Of a stretch of 64,000 nucleotides of DNA, positions 1 to 11,952 are shown in pieces. Below the pieces are notes generated by a model, which was not told the DNA's origin, searched no databases, and saw nothing but the letters and a program-made list of their open reading frames with translations. Each line of letters begins with the position of its first letter. Within the stretch, counting starts at the first letter, position 1. The translations under genes and the position numbers were made by a program. This stretch comes from Nemertoderma westbladi (Eukaryota > Animalia > Xenacoelomorpha), in assembly GCA_032718475.1 (NCBI GenBank), contig JAUCBJ010006718.1, forward strand, positions 1-64,000, read 5' to 3'.

Positions 1-28
1 TATCAGTTATCCCACAAAAGCTTTTACA
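1..28 (-). mobile_element. Tip of an LTR related to the 23497-36085 element, opposite orientation to the adjacent LTR
   Basis: caaaagcttttaca (15-28) is identical to the LTR terminus at 24707-24720 and 36072-36085; the rest is outside the window. Confidence 0.45.
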
Positions 29-1048
29 GAGTGACTCATTTTGTGTGTTGTCCAAGGGTTGCAAAATTCCTGATAGTTCGGCATTTAGATATTCGTGGAA
101 CTTGTGGAATCTGGTGTTCTGCCAATGAGAGCTATTCCTCTCTGTGTAAAAGATACCTGCAACGGTGTTTGGGACAGTAGCAGTTTTTTCTTGATACTGT
201 TTTGTTGTTTCTATCTAGGCCAGGAACACCGGCTCTAGAGTCAATTCGTTTCAGACTTTAGAAGAAACATTAGTAGGCTTAAGATTATAGAGCGTATAAC
301 TGTTATCGGCTCAATCGGCACATACATTGTCATATCATATCTTAACCTACCGTCTTAATGCTTTTTACTGTTGTCATATTTTGTATTAGTTGGTTGAATA
401 TTATTTGGAGAACATCTATAAAGAACCCAAATTTCCCAATTTTCTTGATACACTACAGGTTAGAGAGACGGGTTATATATAGCGATTGCGACTTATATTA
501 TTGTGGTTTGTAGTGAATTTAATGCTATTTGATAAGCACTACATGAGTCAGTTGCTGTTCTCTTTATATATGATAAAATTCATTGACGGTCGGCAAATTA
601 GTGAGCAGTATTGTGTGTTACCGGTAGTGTGCATGATTGTGGCTGATAACTAAGCATTTCCTAAAGAATGCGCCTCATACGTGAATCATAAGCCTTACCG
701 ACTTACCGTTGTGATTAGTATAAGTCATATCTCTGTTTACCTAGATAGAGCGCCACGTCCTAAAGGAACTGTTAATATTTCCCGAAAGTGAATAATATTA
801 GTCAGAAATTATTTATTAACGATCAATCGAATAATACAGTAAGCTTACACTGCAATAATAATCTCAGCCCTCAGAATCCAGTCTCCCGGGTATATCCAGC
901 GGGTGAATGGACGCGCACTAGGCTGGCTTCTGCTAATGTTGTGTTTATTGGTATTAAATATTTGTCAACTTCTAAAGTCTATTTGTAAACCAAAAGACAT
1001 ATAAATTTTGACAGGTTAAACTGCTAAAGGTCTTCAAAAGCGCGTACA
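29..1048 (+). mobile_element. LTR of a BEL/Pao-type element, diverged relative of the 1224-bp LTRs
   Basis: Blocks match the reverse complement of 23497-24290 (gatagagcgccacgtcc, ctcccgggtatatccagcgggtgaatg, ggttaaactgctaaaggtc); ends ...gcgcgtaCA and abuts the middle of a gag sequence. Left boundary uncertain. Confidence 0.75.
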
Positions 1049-3107
1049 AGGAGGCCCAGCATACGACATCGTGAGGCAGTATCAGGGCATCGAGGGCAGC
1101 TTCACAACTGCATGGTGGGCCCTAGACAGGGAATACGGACACCCAGCCAAGATCATCCAGCAAACCCTGAGGGGTATAACATCGGGTGGCCTACAGGATA
1201 ACCCCGTCAGCATAAAGACGTTTGCGAACAAAGTCGAGAAGGCGTTAATCGTGCTGAAGACACTAGACGCACCATACGAACTCAACGCATCTAATAACAT
1301 CACCCCGATAGCACAGGCACTGCCGATCTGGCTGCGGAGCAAGTGGAGGAAGATCGCCTTCTCCACTCGGGAGAAGAAAGGTGTGGAGCCAGGGCTAGAG
1401 GAAATGTCGAACTTCCTCAACTACAAAGCAGGGTTGATTACAGACCCAGTCTATAGTGAGGATAGTTTGGGGAAGGCGCCGAAGACCGAATATAACAGGC
1501 CTAAACCCAAACATAATCCGGCAGATCCATTCCCGAGTGTAAGACAGTCGCTACCACACGCGGCCACACAGGGGGCTACAAGCCCACAGTTAGCTGGGAG
1601 TAGGGCCACACCGTGGCAGGGACAGAAAGAAAATAACAACACAAATAAACATAATCCCAACATACCCAGTAGGCCGAGTCCAGATAACCAAAACACTAAA
1701 TCGGTAGATATAAACCTACGCGCGATACGTGAAGGACTATACAGGGAACGCTATAATCCAGGATTCGAATGTCAATTACATCGGGATGGAACCAATAAGA
1801 CCATGAGTTGTAAGCACTGGCAAGCATTGCCCAAACAAGATTGTATAGCCTACACAGATGCAAATGGACTATGTCATTGATGCGTGGTAGAAGGACACAG
1901 ATCCGGAGAATGTAGAGAAACAGCAATAGGAGAGGATGAGACTGGAGGCCAAACCATGGCTACGAGCACGACAGGAGCAAGGAGGAAGAGGAAAGTAGTA
2001 CTCGGGGTAGTACCAGTGAAGATAACAGGATGGGGTGGCCGATCAGTCACAACATTAATGCTGGTTGACAGCAGAGCAGCCTTCACGCTGGTGGAGAATT
2101 GGGTGGCTGAGGAGATAAGGCTAAAGACGAGGCCAAGTAGGATGGTGGTAACTACCATCTCAAGTAAGGATGAGGTCCTGGAGATGAGGATGGGACGGTG
2201 CAAGATATCAGCGATTGCACCGGGATGTGACTATGGGGCGACCATATACCCCATTCAGATCATAGAATCGATAAATATAAATTCCAGGAGACCAACTAAC
2301 ATCGAGGTCGAACAATATAGATTCCTGGACAGTATCGATTTCTCAATACCAGAGGTGGATGTTAGGAAGGTATCCATTATAGTAGGAATGGACTGCCCGA
2401 CGGCCCATGAGAGAAAGCAGATGGTCTTTGGCGAAGACAGACAGCGGGATCCGACGGCGATCCTCACGCCTTTCAGATGGACGCTTAGCGGCCCAGTTAA
2501 AACCAAGATTCCATCCAGGGTGATGGAGACATCAGGGTGCATGTTACCAGGCACTGTAGACGCAGAGGACGAAGAGAAGAAACCGGAGGAGTGTCTGGAG
2601 GGGTGTCCGGAGGACAATAGTCCGGAGGAGTGTCTGGAGGAGTGTCCGGAGGAGTGTCCGGAGGAGTGTCCGGAGGGGTGTCCGGAGGAAAACAGTCCAG
2701 AGGAGTGTCCGGAGGAGTGTCCAGAGGAGTGTCCAGAGGAGTGTCCGGAAGAAACGCCGGTCCGGTTGAGAGGCATACCGACAAGGGGGAAGTCGAGTAA
2801 GAAGACAGGATGGGAAGGGATAGGATTACTATTGTTCGTTCTGTTTTGTCTGTTCTTTCAGTTTCTTTCCATTCTGCCGCCAGGAGACAACCAGATAAAG
2901 GGTGGCATTTTGCTGCCAGGAGATCGGGAAGTTAAGAAGGCGGCGGAGAGACCCGATTTTAGGGTGGCAGAAGAGGGAGAACCAATTCCTGGTGAGTTGG
3001 AATTGGTGAGGAAAGTGGGTCGAAAGATAAGAGGACATACAGGGGGGCAGCGGGACAGTGCCTCATGGGAGAATCGATGGAAGATCGAGGGGCACCTTAC
3101 AGTTTAG
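1049..3107 (+). pseudogene. gag: BEL/Pao-like gag-protease polyprotein, 5' interrupted, no RT/RNase H/integrase
   Basis: ORFs 1071-1880 and 1884-3107 are in one frame split by a TGA inside a Zn knuckle (CH*CVVEGHRSGEC); DUF1759-like AWWALDREYG; degenerate protease LVDSRAAFTL; BEL-type AILTPFRWTLSGP. Confidence 0.8.
2582..2750 (+). repeat. 12-bp coding minisatellite (ccggaggagtgt, PEEC)n
   Basis: Directly visible tandem units. Confidence 0.9.
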
Positions 3108-3189
3108 TCGTCCAATATGTTGGACTGAGGGGGGTGGGAATGAGGGCGTGACGCCCTTCCCACAAGAATAAGAAATATAAAATAATATA

Positions 3190-3890
3190 AATAAATAAAT
3201 AATAAAATAAGAAAGTTAGTAGAAGTTAGATAGTAAGTAGAAGTAAGTAAGCTAGTAAGAAGCAGTAGTTAGGAGAAGTTAGTTAGAGTTAGAAGTCGGC
3301 GGGTATAGGGAGTGTGGTATATAGACATACCACGGGAGTTGGAGGGTACGTAGTACCGGGAGGGTTAGAAGTCGGCGGGTAAAGGGAGTGTGGTATATTG
3401 ACATGCCACGAGTAGTAGCAGAGGGGTTGTGAGCACCGGAAGTGCCATGTAGAAAGTAGTAGTAGAAGGGTTGTGGGCACCGTAAGCGCCACGTAGATAG
3501 AGAGTTAGTAGACTTTGAGGAGTCAGAGAGTTAGTAGAGTAGAGAGTTAGAGAGTTAGTAGATTTAAGAGTTAGTTGAGGTAGATAGTCAGCAGAGTTAG
3601 AGAGTTCTAGTTAGAGTTACGTAGAGAGTTAGTAGAGCTAGTATAGTTAGTATAGTTAGTTTAGTTGGTATAGTTAGTAAAGTTAGCACAGTTAGTAGAG
3701 TGAAGAAGTAAGTAAGTAAGTAGTAGGTAAGAATGATAGCACAGTGTAGATAGCATAAGAACTTAGCGCCTTTGGGAGTGGTGGAGAGTACAGGGAGTGC
3801 GATTCAGAGTGGAGTTAGAGTGGAGTGGAGTTAGATAGAGTGGAGTTAGAAGAGTGCTAGAGTGAGAAGTTAGAGTTTGAGTGAGAGAGC
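3190..3890 (+). repeat. Purine-rich strand-biased low-complexity region with short tandem duplications
   Basis: gttagtagag/agttag-type units; duplicated gttagaagtcggcgggta..gggagtgtggtatat (3288, 3364) and gggttgtg.gcaccg (3425, 3468). Confidence 0.7.
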
Positions 3891-4136
3891 TTTTTAAAAT
3901 TGTGTGAGAGAAATCCACAGTTGTCTCAAACCGAGACGCCAGATGTCTTGGTGCAACATAGGTTGCGGTTGCACCAAGAGAGGGTAGTAACATCATACCC
4001 AGAGGGAGCGGCCTGGAAAGCCGACTCCAAGAAAGAGGACTCCACCCCACACCCAATAATAGATCGGGTTCCAGCGGAATTGAAGCGCACTCGTAGGTGA
4101 TGCTATCTTCTCACCGGGAAGATAGCATGGGGGGAG

Positions 4137-4706
4137 TGTGAGCGGATTCAATTCCGCTCCACCAACCCAATAAAGTTGGGAAATGGCGTTTTAAGCAATA
4201 TTGGGGAGTACGAGGTTAATCACAATCAACCTCGTATCACCCCCAATAATGGGGACAACACACGGCCCCAAAGAGCCACACAAAAGAGGTTATAGGTCAA
4301 ACCTCTTGGAGAGGGAAAGTGACAGCAGCGGGGGGGAAACACTCCCACAGAGATGGGAGCCGAGAATTAGGTTATTGGCCAATCAGGGACAAGGGAAAAG
4401 CATCCGCTAAGTAGCAAGGCCACAAGTAGAGTAGAGGTGAATATATATTACCGGTTAATGTGTGTGCCCCTTTCAGTTATCTCATTCACACAGTGGGGAC
4501 CAGTGACATTCTTGTACCGTCACCGCCATTACCGGTATCCTATTCAGTATTTGCAGTTATCTCACTTATAACATATTATTCCTTATCACTGTTCTGGACA
4601 ACTGTGCTATAATATTCAGTTAACTATATTACCGTTATATCAACATCAAAGGTAACAACAACAACAAACTATTATCTTTTCCCTAACGACACGGTGACGC
4701 GTAACA
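4137..4706 (+). mobile_element. Putative 3' LTR of the gag-protease element
   Basis: Purine tract ggggggag directly before TGTGAGCG at 4137; candidate end cgcgtaaCA at 4706; no second copy in the window to confirm. Confidence 0.4.
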
Positions 4707-4709
4707 AAG

Positions 4710-7700
4710 TGAACCGGTCGGGATCCCTTGATCCCGTCGCAGTCTAAATGGGCGCGGGTGAAATGATGTGGGTTCTTTATGCGTTGTGGGCAGGTCTGTT
4801 GTCAGGTCAGGTATTCTAGGTCATTGATCAAGAAAACTTGCCACCTCCATGCAGCATAAAGGAGGTGCCACCTGTAGCTGCCCTCTTACTAGGGCAAATC
4901 TGGTCCTGTAACTAGGACCCCCTTCGTTCTGGGATAAGGACGCCCTTGGTCCCGGATTAAGGACCCATATACTTGGCTGCAGGAGTAAATGGCCTGACCA
5001 GGCAGATGGTGATCTACCAATGGCTGGTCAGGAGTAGAGTGTTCTCATGTCCACTCTGAGAGCACTTCACTGCGACCTGCACTGGGCAGCAAGGTTACAG
5101 GGCATGACCAAGCAGATGAGCTGCAACAGCCAATGGTGGGTCATGTACGCCAGAGTAGATATGGGTGATGGGCCTCATATCTGACTCCATTGCGACACCC
5201 ACCCTGTGGAATGGCAAACCAGGGTGTGGTATTTGCCCCGAGAGCTGACTCGGCAAAAAAGCACCCCCAACCCCCACTATGGATTACATTAGAAATGCGG
5301 AGGTCCGGCCACTAGAGGCCAGTGGAATTACCGGACACAATCGGCCTCACAGGCGTCAGTTAACTCCTGACCGGCTGCCGGTCTCACCCCCTACTGGAGA
5401 GAGAGCAGCCAACAATTCTTTGAGTCCATTTCCTGATGACATTTCTGGCCCAAACCCTGGGTCACCAGGGAGGCCAGATTGTAATGGGGAGAGGGATTCT
5501 GGAGTTGGAGGCTACTCTCATGTTCCACCCCGACCAACAAAGCCATTGGTGAATCTGAGGCAATTCACTAGACTAGCCTCAGTAAACACTCTAACACTCG
5601 GGTCCCCAATGCGACAAGGTGAGCTGACTGCCTTGGCACTTGGCAGATAAGCTTTCTCTTAGCGCAGTGGGTGGTCAAGAGCACCGAATGCAGACTGGAC
5701 AGACTGATGAGGTTCTGATTAAGGACATGGGGGGCGGTTGGCGACTCGCCCTCGCGTTAGCAGATGATAGTGGCAATGGTGGAATTGGTCTGTTGATGAA
5801 TCCAACTGCACATGCAGCATTAGACAAAATAGACCAAATCTCTAACCGCATCATCCGTTGCCACTTCTCATGTTCTGGAAGACTGGCTAAGAAGTTTCCT
5901 AAGGTGGTTCTGATTGTGTGCTACTCTCCAACTAGTGTTGCCCCTGTAGAGGAGGTGGAAAATTTCTACCACAATCTACAAGCAGCTACTGATGGAGTGG
6001 ATCAGCATGCATTCTTAACATTCCTGGGAGACTTTAATGCAAGTCTGCATCAATCACCTACATCGCCCTGGGTCTATAGCAATAGTGTTAACCGAAATTC
6101 TGTCCATCTTCAGGATTTTATCTCTGGAAATGGATTGTTTTCGGCTGGAACCCAGTTCAAGAAGCGAACTGGAAAGCTATGGACTCATAGTGGACCCAGT
6201 GGTCACAAGTCCCAGATAGACCATATTCTGTTTCGTAGGAAATACAGGAGCTCTATACAAGACTGTAATGCATTTACACTTCGACCCTTCTCCAGTGATC
6301 ACCGCCTTATTGTGGCCAAGGTAAGACTTAGTCTGCGGGCTAGCAGAACAACGAATTCTGCCTTGCCGCGGCATGACTGGTCCTCTCTGTTGCAACAGCC
6401 AAGTGTGAGATCCAGCTTCACACTACAGCTGAGCAACAGGTATGAGGCTCTTGCCTCTGAGGCGGCAGATCACTGTGAGGGCTATACTGCCTTTACAGAA
6501 GCAGTTAAGTTAGCAGCTGCAGAAACAGTTCCTGTATACCCTCGAAACAGGAAAAGGGCCCCCTGGACTGACAACAAAATTCAGAAGTGCCGAAATGACC
6601 TTCATAAGGCGCAGAAAGAGTCCTGACTCAAACAGACTACAGCGGCCAAGAATGCAGTTAAGGCTGCATCTAGGTCCCTGAACAGGCAGTACTCTGTTAA
6701 TCTACAGGAGCTAATAAACCAACAGGTTGATGCCATCAATGATGCTGACGAAAGCAGGCAATCATCCCAGGCATGGAAATCGATCAATTTGCTTACTGGG
6801 CGGAAAAGCCAACCAACCACCAAGGTTAACCCTATTAGTACCGGGCTATAAAATGTTGTACAAATACCGGGGGGGGGGGGGGGGGGGGTCATATTGACCC
6901 CCCCCACCCCCCCCCCCCCCCCCTCTAAAATCTACAAATATTTACGAAAACGTCTGATTTTTTGTTTGTACGTAGGTATCACTTGTCTGGATCCGACCGA
7001 AAAAAAACAATTTCGAAAAAATGTACTGGGGTGGTTATATTGCAGCACCAAAATTACAAGTAGTGCACAATTTTCACAAAATTTGAAAGTTACATTTTCG
7101 GCTAATTATTTTTCAATACAGGTTTTCTGGGGTGCAAAATACATTGGAAAATATTTAAAAATGATATGATTACTATAAATGGCTGTTTAGTCCTCTCTGC
7201 GTAGGAAAAAAATGAAAAAAACAAGTAACCAGCACTTTTCAGTTAGAACACAAAATTTTTAAATCACTTATACAATGCTATAAATTCACATTTTCAGGTT
7301 TTCGAGGGCGCTGATTCTAATGGAGTACATTTCTAATATGCCAGATCATTGCTACTTGTATTTTTTGGCGTAATTTGGCAAATTTTGATGCTAGCACCAA
7401 ATTTCGTACCCATCACCAAAAAGTACAAGTTTGCGATCCCCAGTGCTGTTTTTATTGATTCAATCGGATTCAGGACCCTCTTAAACCCGTATAACGCAAT
7501 AATCAAGGTGATACTATCTACTTATCAATTTGCATATTTTCCAAAATTTGGTGCTGGCACAACAATTTTCCCCCACCGGTGAAAAATACAAGTTTGATAA
7601 CTCTTATGAAATTTTTACTGATTCCATTGAATTCAGAACCATCACAAACCCGTATAACGCAAGAAACAAGGTGACACAATCAATTGATATATTTGATGGT

Positions 7701-10135
7701 TTTCAAAATTTGGTGCTAGCACCACATTTTGCACCCACATCCGAAAAATACAAGTTTGAGATGTCTAGTTCGATAATTATTTTTTCCATTAAATTCAGAA
7801 CAGCCATAAACCTCTAAAACGCAAGAAATAAATTGTCACAAGCAATTTTATCTATTGAATGGATTTTCAAAATTTCGTGCTAGCACCAAAATTTACACAC
7901 AGCACCGAAAAATACAAGTTTGATACGCTTGGTGCAACTCGTATATATTTCATCGACTCCAGAACCCCAAAAAACCCCAATTGCGTAAATAACAAGTTTC
8001 AAACGATCAATTTACAAAATTGACTTATTTCAAAATTTGGTGCTGGCACCAAAATTTGGCACCCACCGAAAAAAACAAGTTTGAAATTTCTAAATCAATT
8101 TATATGAATTCCATCAAATTTCTAACACCAAAAAACCGGTGTAAATCAAAAATAGAGATGTTACAATTAATATTTAATGAAATGTAATTTTCAAAAAACG
8201 TCTCAAAAAAAGTGCCAAAAGTAGGGTTAAATAATGGTGCCATAACTCGAAAAGTACCCAATATTTTTGAAAACGGTTTTCACTAATAGGAAGACAATAG
8301 ATTTTTAGGAAAAGTCATAAAATTTCAGATTCTCAACTGCGTTTGTTTCAGAATTATAATAAAAAAACCACGGGGGGGGGGGGGGGGGTCATATTGACCC
8401 CCCCCCGGGTTTAATAGGGTTAAGGCTGAATCACCAGCCGATCGACTCAATGGTTGGAAAGCCCACTTTGAAAAGCTCCTCAATAATGACAGGGTATTGC
8501 CTGATAACTTTATAGAAGTAAAAGTATCTGAGTCTGTACTCCCAGATATTCCCATTGGCGATATCTCCTTTACAGAAGTGAAGGCTGCTGCAAAGAGCAT
8601 TAAGACCAATCGTGCCAGAGGAGTAGATGGTGTTCCCCCTGAGCTCATCTATCCCATCATAGTAGACATGTACCGAACAACAAGAGTCCCACAAGAAATG
8701 AAAACAAAAAGTTGGTGCCAGTTCCCAAGAAGGGCAACCTAACACTCTATGGTTCTTTTCGGGGAATCTCATTGATCTCGATTGCTGCAATGCTATACAA
8801 TAGGATTCTATTAAATCTCATCAGGGATCCCATTGAGAGACTGCTCCGTGGAAATCAGAATGGGTTCCGTAAAGGTTGTGGGACCATGGAGCCCATTTTG
8901 GCACTTAGAAGGTTAATTGAACAATTATCAAAAAAGAAAGACAGGCATCTATCTGGCCGTTATCTTTGTTGACTTCTTCAAGGCCTTTGATTCAGTCTCT
9001 CGCTCACGTATGTTCAGCATACTTTCATTATATGGGATTCCTGTGGAAAGTATTGCAGCAATCAGATCAGTATACGATGGTTCGACAACATTTGTGTCTA
9101 CTGTTGACGGTGACACAGAACCATTTGAAGTGTTATGGGGCATCTTCCAAGGAGACACACTTGCACCATTCTTGTTCATTATTGTGATTGAGTATGTTCT
9201 ACGCATGTCATTAGATCATCATAATGATGATGGGGTGATGATAACTCCACCTACTGGCTCCAGAAGTCGAGGAAATCCTGCGAAGTACCTAACTGATCTA
9301 GACTTTGCTGATGACTTAGGAGTACTCTCAGAATGACTAGAGGGAGTCCAACGGCTCCTCAGCTCATTAGAACATGCTGCTTCTAGTGTTGGTCTTTTTA
9401 TTAACTGCAGAAAGACCAAAATTTTGACAGTTAACTTTGAATGTCCTCAGCAAGTCTCTGATCGGATGAGCATAAGCTCAAAGGATGGTATGTTGAGCAT
9501 GTGGACGACTTCTGTTACCTGGGATCATGGATCCGGAAGTCAGGTGAGGACCTTCGAATACGTAAGGGAAAGGCATGGGCAGCCTTGAATAGGCTTTCCA
9601 GGATTTGGAAGTCAACGAGAATTAATCGGAAACTTAGGTCCGATTATTTAGAGCAGCAGTAGTTCTAGTACTCCTCTACGGGAGTCCATGCTGGGCTCTA
9701 ACTGCTGAGGACACCAAATCTCTGGATGGCACATTCACAAGAATGCTACGCCGGGTTCATTGTGTCAAGTACAATGCACACATCTCCAACCAGACACTAT
9801 ATAACATTGGAGGTGTCTCATTGGTTCCCCCAAGCTTGACACTAGAACAAAATCGCCTCCGCTTTGCAGGACATTGCTTTCGCCGTGAGGACCAGCCAGT
9901 GCATAATCTTGTACTTTGGCAGCCTCATGGAGTGAATAAGCATGGTGGACAGCCCATGACTTTCTTGAGACGAATCTTAAAGGACACTGGCCTTAAAGAT
10001 GCGGATGATCTAGCAAATGTCATGGGTGATAGGGAGTTGTGGCGGTGCAATTTTGTTGACAAGCCGGCACAGCATTCTTACAAATGCAGCTGCAATGCAG
10101 CATGCCGATCCTAGTAGTAGTAGTAGTACTAGTAG
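4710..10135 (+). mobile_element. RTE-clade LINE family A, near full length, frameshifted, interrupted by a TTAA element
   Basis: APE endonuclease (YSPT, GDFNA, QIDH, SDH; 5640-6626), RT (QGDTLAP, FADD; 8497-9336), RTE-type C-terminus (RLRFAGHC), (TAG)n tail 10112-10135. 5' boundary approximate. Confidence 0.9.
6830..8419 (+). mobile_element. Non-autonomous piggyBac-type DNA transposon, copy 1
   Basis: TTAA TSD 6826-6829 and 8420-8423; termini CCCTATTA...TAATAGGG; empty site ccaaggttaaggctg seen in the RTE copy near 62460; second copy at 42174-43727. Confidence 0.92.
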
Positions 10136-10139
10136 GGCA

Positions 10140-10600
10140 TTCCTCCTCCTTGCGTTGCTGTCCCTTAAGGATTTAGGCAGCCATCCTCTAATGTTTAGCT
10201 GTTCGAGATAGATACGCTAAAACTACATGTTCGAGTTTGCAGTATATTTAACAAATTTATACTCTTATTAGTATTACAAGTAGTGAGATAAGTTTTTACG
10301 AAATAAAGTTTACAACTAAATAATAAGTATGTAAGCAAGTTTAGCTAAGAAGTTAAGTTAAAATAAAAAATGTTTTTCTTCGGCCGCTAGGCCAGGGATT
10401 ACGCACAAAGTCTGTTGACTTATTTCTAGTGCGGTCCCCCCAAAACTTTACTCCCCAGAGGAAACTCCAGTACTCATTTAGCTACCACTTAAGGATGCAA
10501 GGCAGATATGCGCCCTGGCTGGTCCCTTTAAAGCATTCGTGCCAAAACAAAACTGCTCTAGCCTATGTGAGGATCGAACCCACGACCTACAGGAGATGTG
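10140..10600 (-). mobile_element. Possible tRNA-derived SINE remnant
   Basis: Minus strand has ggtcgtgggttcgatcctcac (B-box/T-arm-like), a taaatgagtac core-like motif and a gaggagga end; no A box found. Confidence 0.4.
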
Positions 10601-10758
10601 AATTCAATGCTTGGTTAAGGTTAAAGTTAAGAAGTTAAGTGATAACCAAAGGGCAAACGGCACCATTTATAGTAAATCTGAGGTGTGGAATAACACTAGA
10701 ACCTTCTACAACATTCTATGAGCTCGCATTGGTTCAATAAATAATTTAGCACACAACA

Positions 10759-11952
10759 TTGGTCCAGCTAACACCAAGACTGGACCAACTACACCAAGAC
10801 ACATTCGACATTTCGAGTGCAGTAACCTACTTCACCGCAGTCTGTGATATATCTGCTACCCCATTAATACTTATTCCAGATTGTGATGGATCACATTTTC
10901 TCCTACATGTAGCGAATCAATCTGAAAGGAAAGTATATACATTATGCAGCTACACTCGTACCATGCCGGCTGTAGCCCTGACACATGAGATATGTAAACT
11001 TCTCAATCTTATAGATAAAGTAAAAGGCTGCCATAGGGATAGCTGGGTTGCAACGAGTCGGAAATCACCATACCCCCTTCAGCCAACAACAAATAACTAC
11101 GACTGTGGAGCTTTTCTCTGTCTGTATGCTTATCTACTCTGTGAAGGAGAACCTCCTCTCCCTTTAGATAGCGGGAGTGACAAACTCCGGATGTGGATAG
11201 AGAAATCTCTTAAAGATGTCAAGGTCAACGAAGCACCCATAATAAATGTAAATGAATCACGATGTAACTCAAACTCAACAGGCCTAAATAGTACTCAGAC
11301 TGGAGACGATGTGAGTCATGTAAAACACATTCGAAACACCAAACCAAACAGCGTTACAAAGCAACCAAAGATAGCAGTTCCACCAGATAATCCAGCAATA
11401 TATGAACTAATGCAAGGGACCAGGAAAGAGGTAATATCGGTCATCCTATCACTGTCTGATGAAGATAGAGATTTGACACGAACGGCGCTATATGAAAGAA
11501 TTAAACCGATGATGTCGCCAACACAAGCAATGACTCTCAAGATGAGGCAGAGAGGTTCTATGAATGAGATGGCTATTGACTTATATGAAATCATGCGAGC
11601 ACTGATGGAGAACTGCTTCACAGAGCAATGCAGAAAGAGGCTCAAATATGAACAACCAGCCATTAATGGCGATGTGGTGACACAACTGCGATCAGAATTT
11701 CTGACATCAATCAGCTGTCTTCAAACAAGAATTTGCAAACTTGAAACTGATTACAACCATATACAACAGGCCAATGACATACTTCATAGCGAGCTCACAC
11801 ATGAGCGTCATATTAGAATGATTCTTCAGGAACAGATCAACAATTTATCGACCAATACAGAGCTATTAGAAAATGAAATTCATACCATCAGAGCATATCA
11901 AAGGATATTGATGACAATTTTGATAGTGTCTATACGGTTAGTGAGAAGATGA
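10759..11952 (+). CDS. LINE ORF1-like protein: Ulp1/C48-like cysteine protease motifs plus coiled coil
   Basis: SHFLLHV followed by QPTTNNYDCGAFLC resembles the H...Q-x-N-x-x-DCG signature; heptad-rich C-terminus; overlaps ORF2 start (ATGA). Confidence 0.65.
   Translation: MVQLTPRLDQLHQDTFDISSAVTYFTAVCDISATPLILIPDCDGSHFLLHVANQSERKVYTLCSYTRTMPAVALTHEICKLLNLIDKVKGCHRDSWVATSRKSPYPLQPTTNNYDCGAFLCLYAYLLCEGEPPLPLDSGSDKLRMWIEKSLKDVKVNEAPIINVNESRCNSNSTGLNSTQTGDDVSHVKHIRNTKPNSVTKQPKIAVPPDNPAIYELMQGTRKEVISVILSLSDEDRDLTRTALYERIKPMMSPTQAMTLKMRQRGSMNEMAIDLYEIMRALMENCFTEQCRKRLKYEQPAINGDVVTQLRSEFLTSISCLQTRICKLETDYNHIQQANDILHSELTHERHIRMILQEQINNLSTNTELLENEIHTIRAYQRILMTILIVSIRLVRR

Noticed and set aside
2255-2784. 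Antisense SSGH and PPDT repeat proteins
   Set aside because: Shadow frames of the PEEC minisatellite
4707-5280. HDV-like ribozyme in the RTE 5' UTR
   Set aside because: Known for some RTEs, but I could not assemble the nested pseudoknot by eye; needs a descriptor search
7349-7817. Short ORFs in the TTAA element conserved in both copies
   Set aside because: Conservation reflects recent duplication; no transposase motifs
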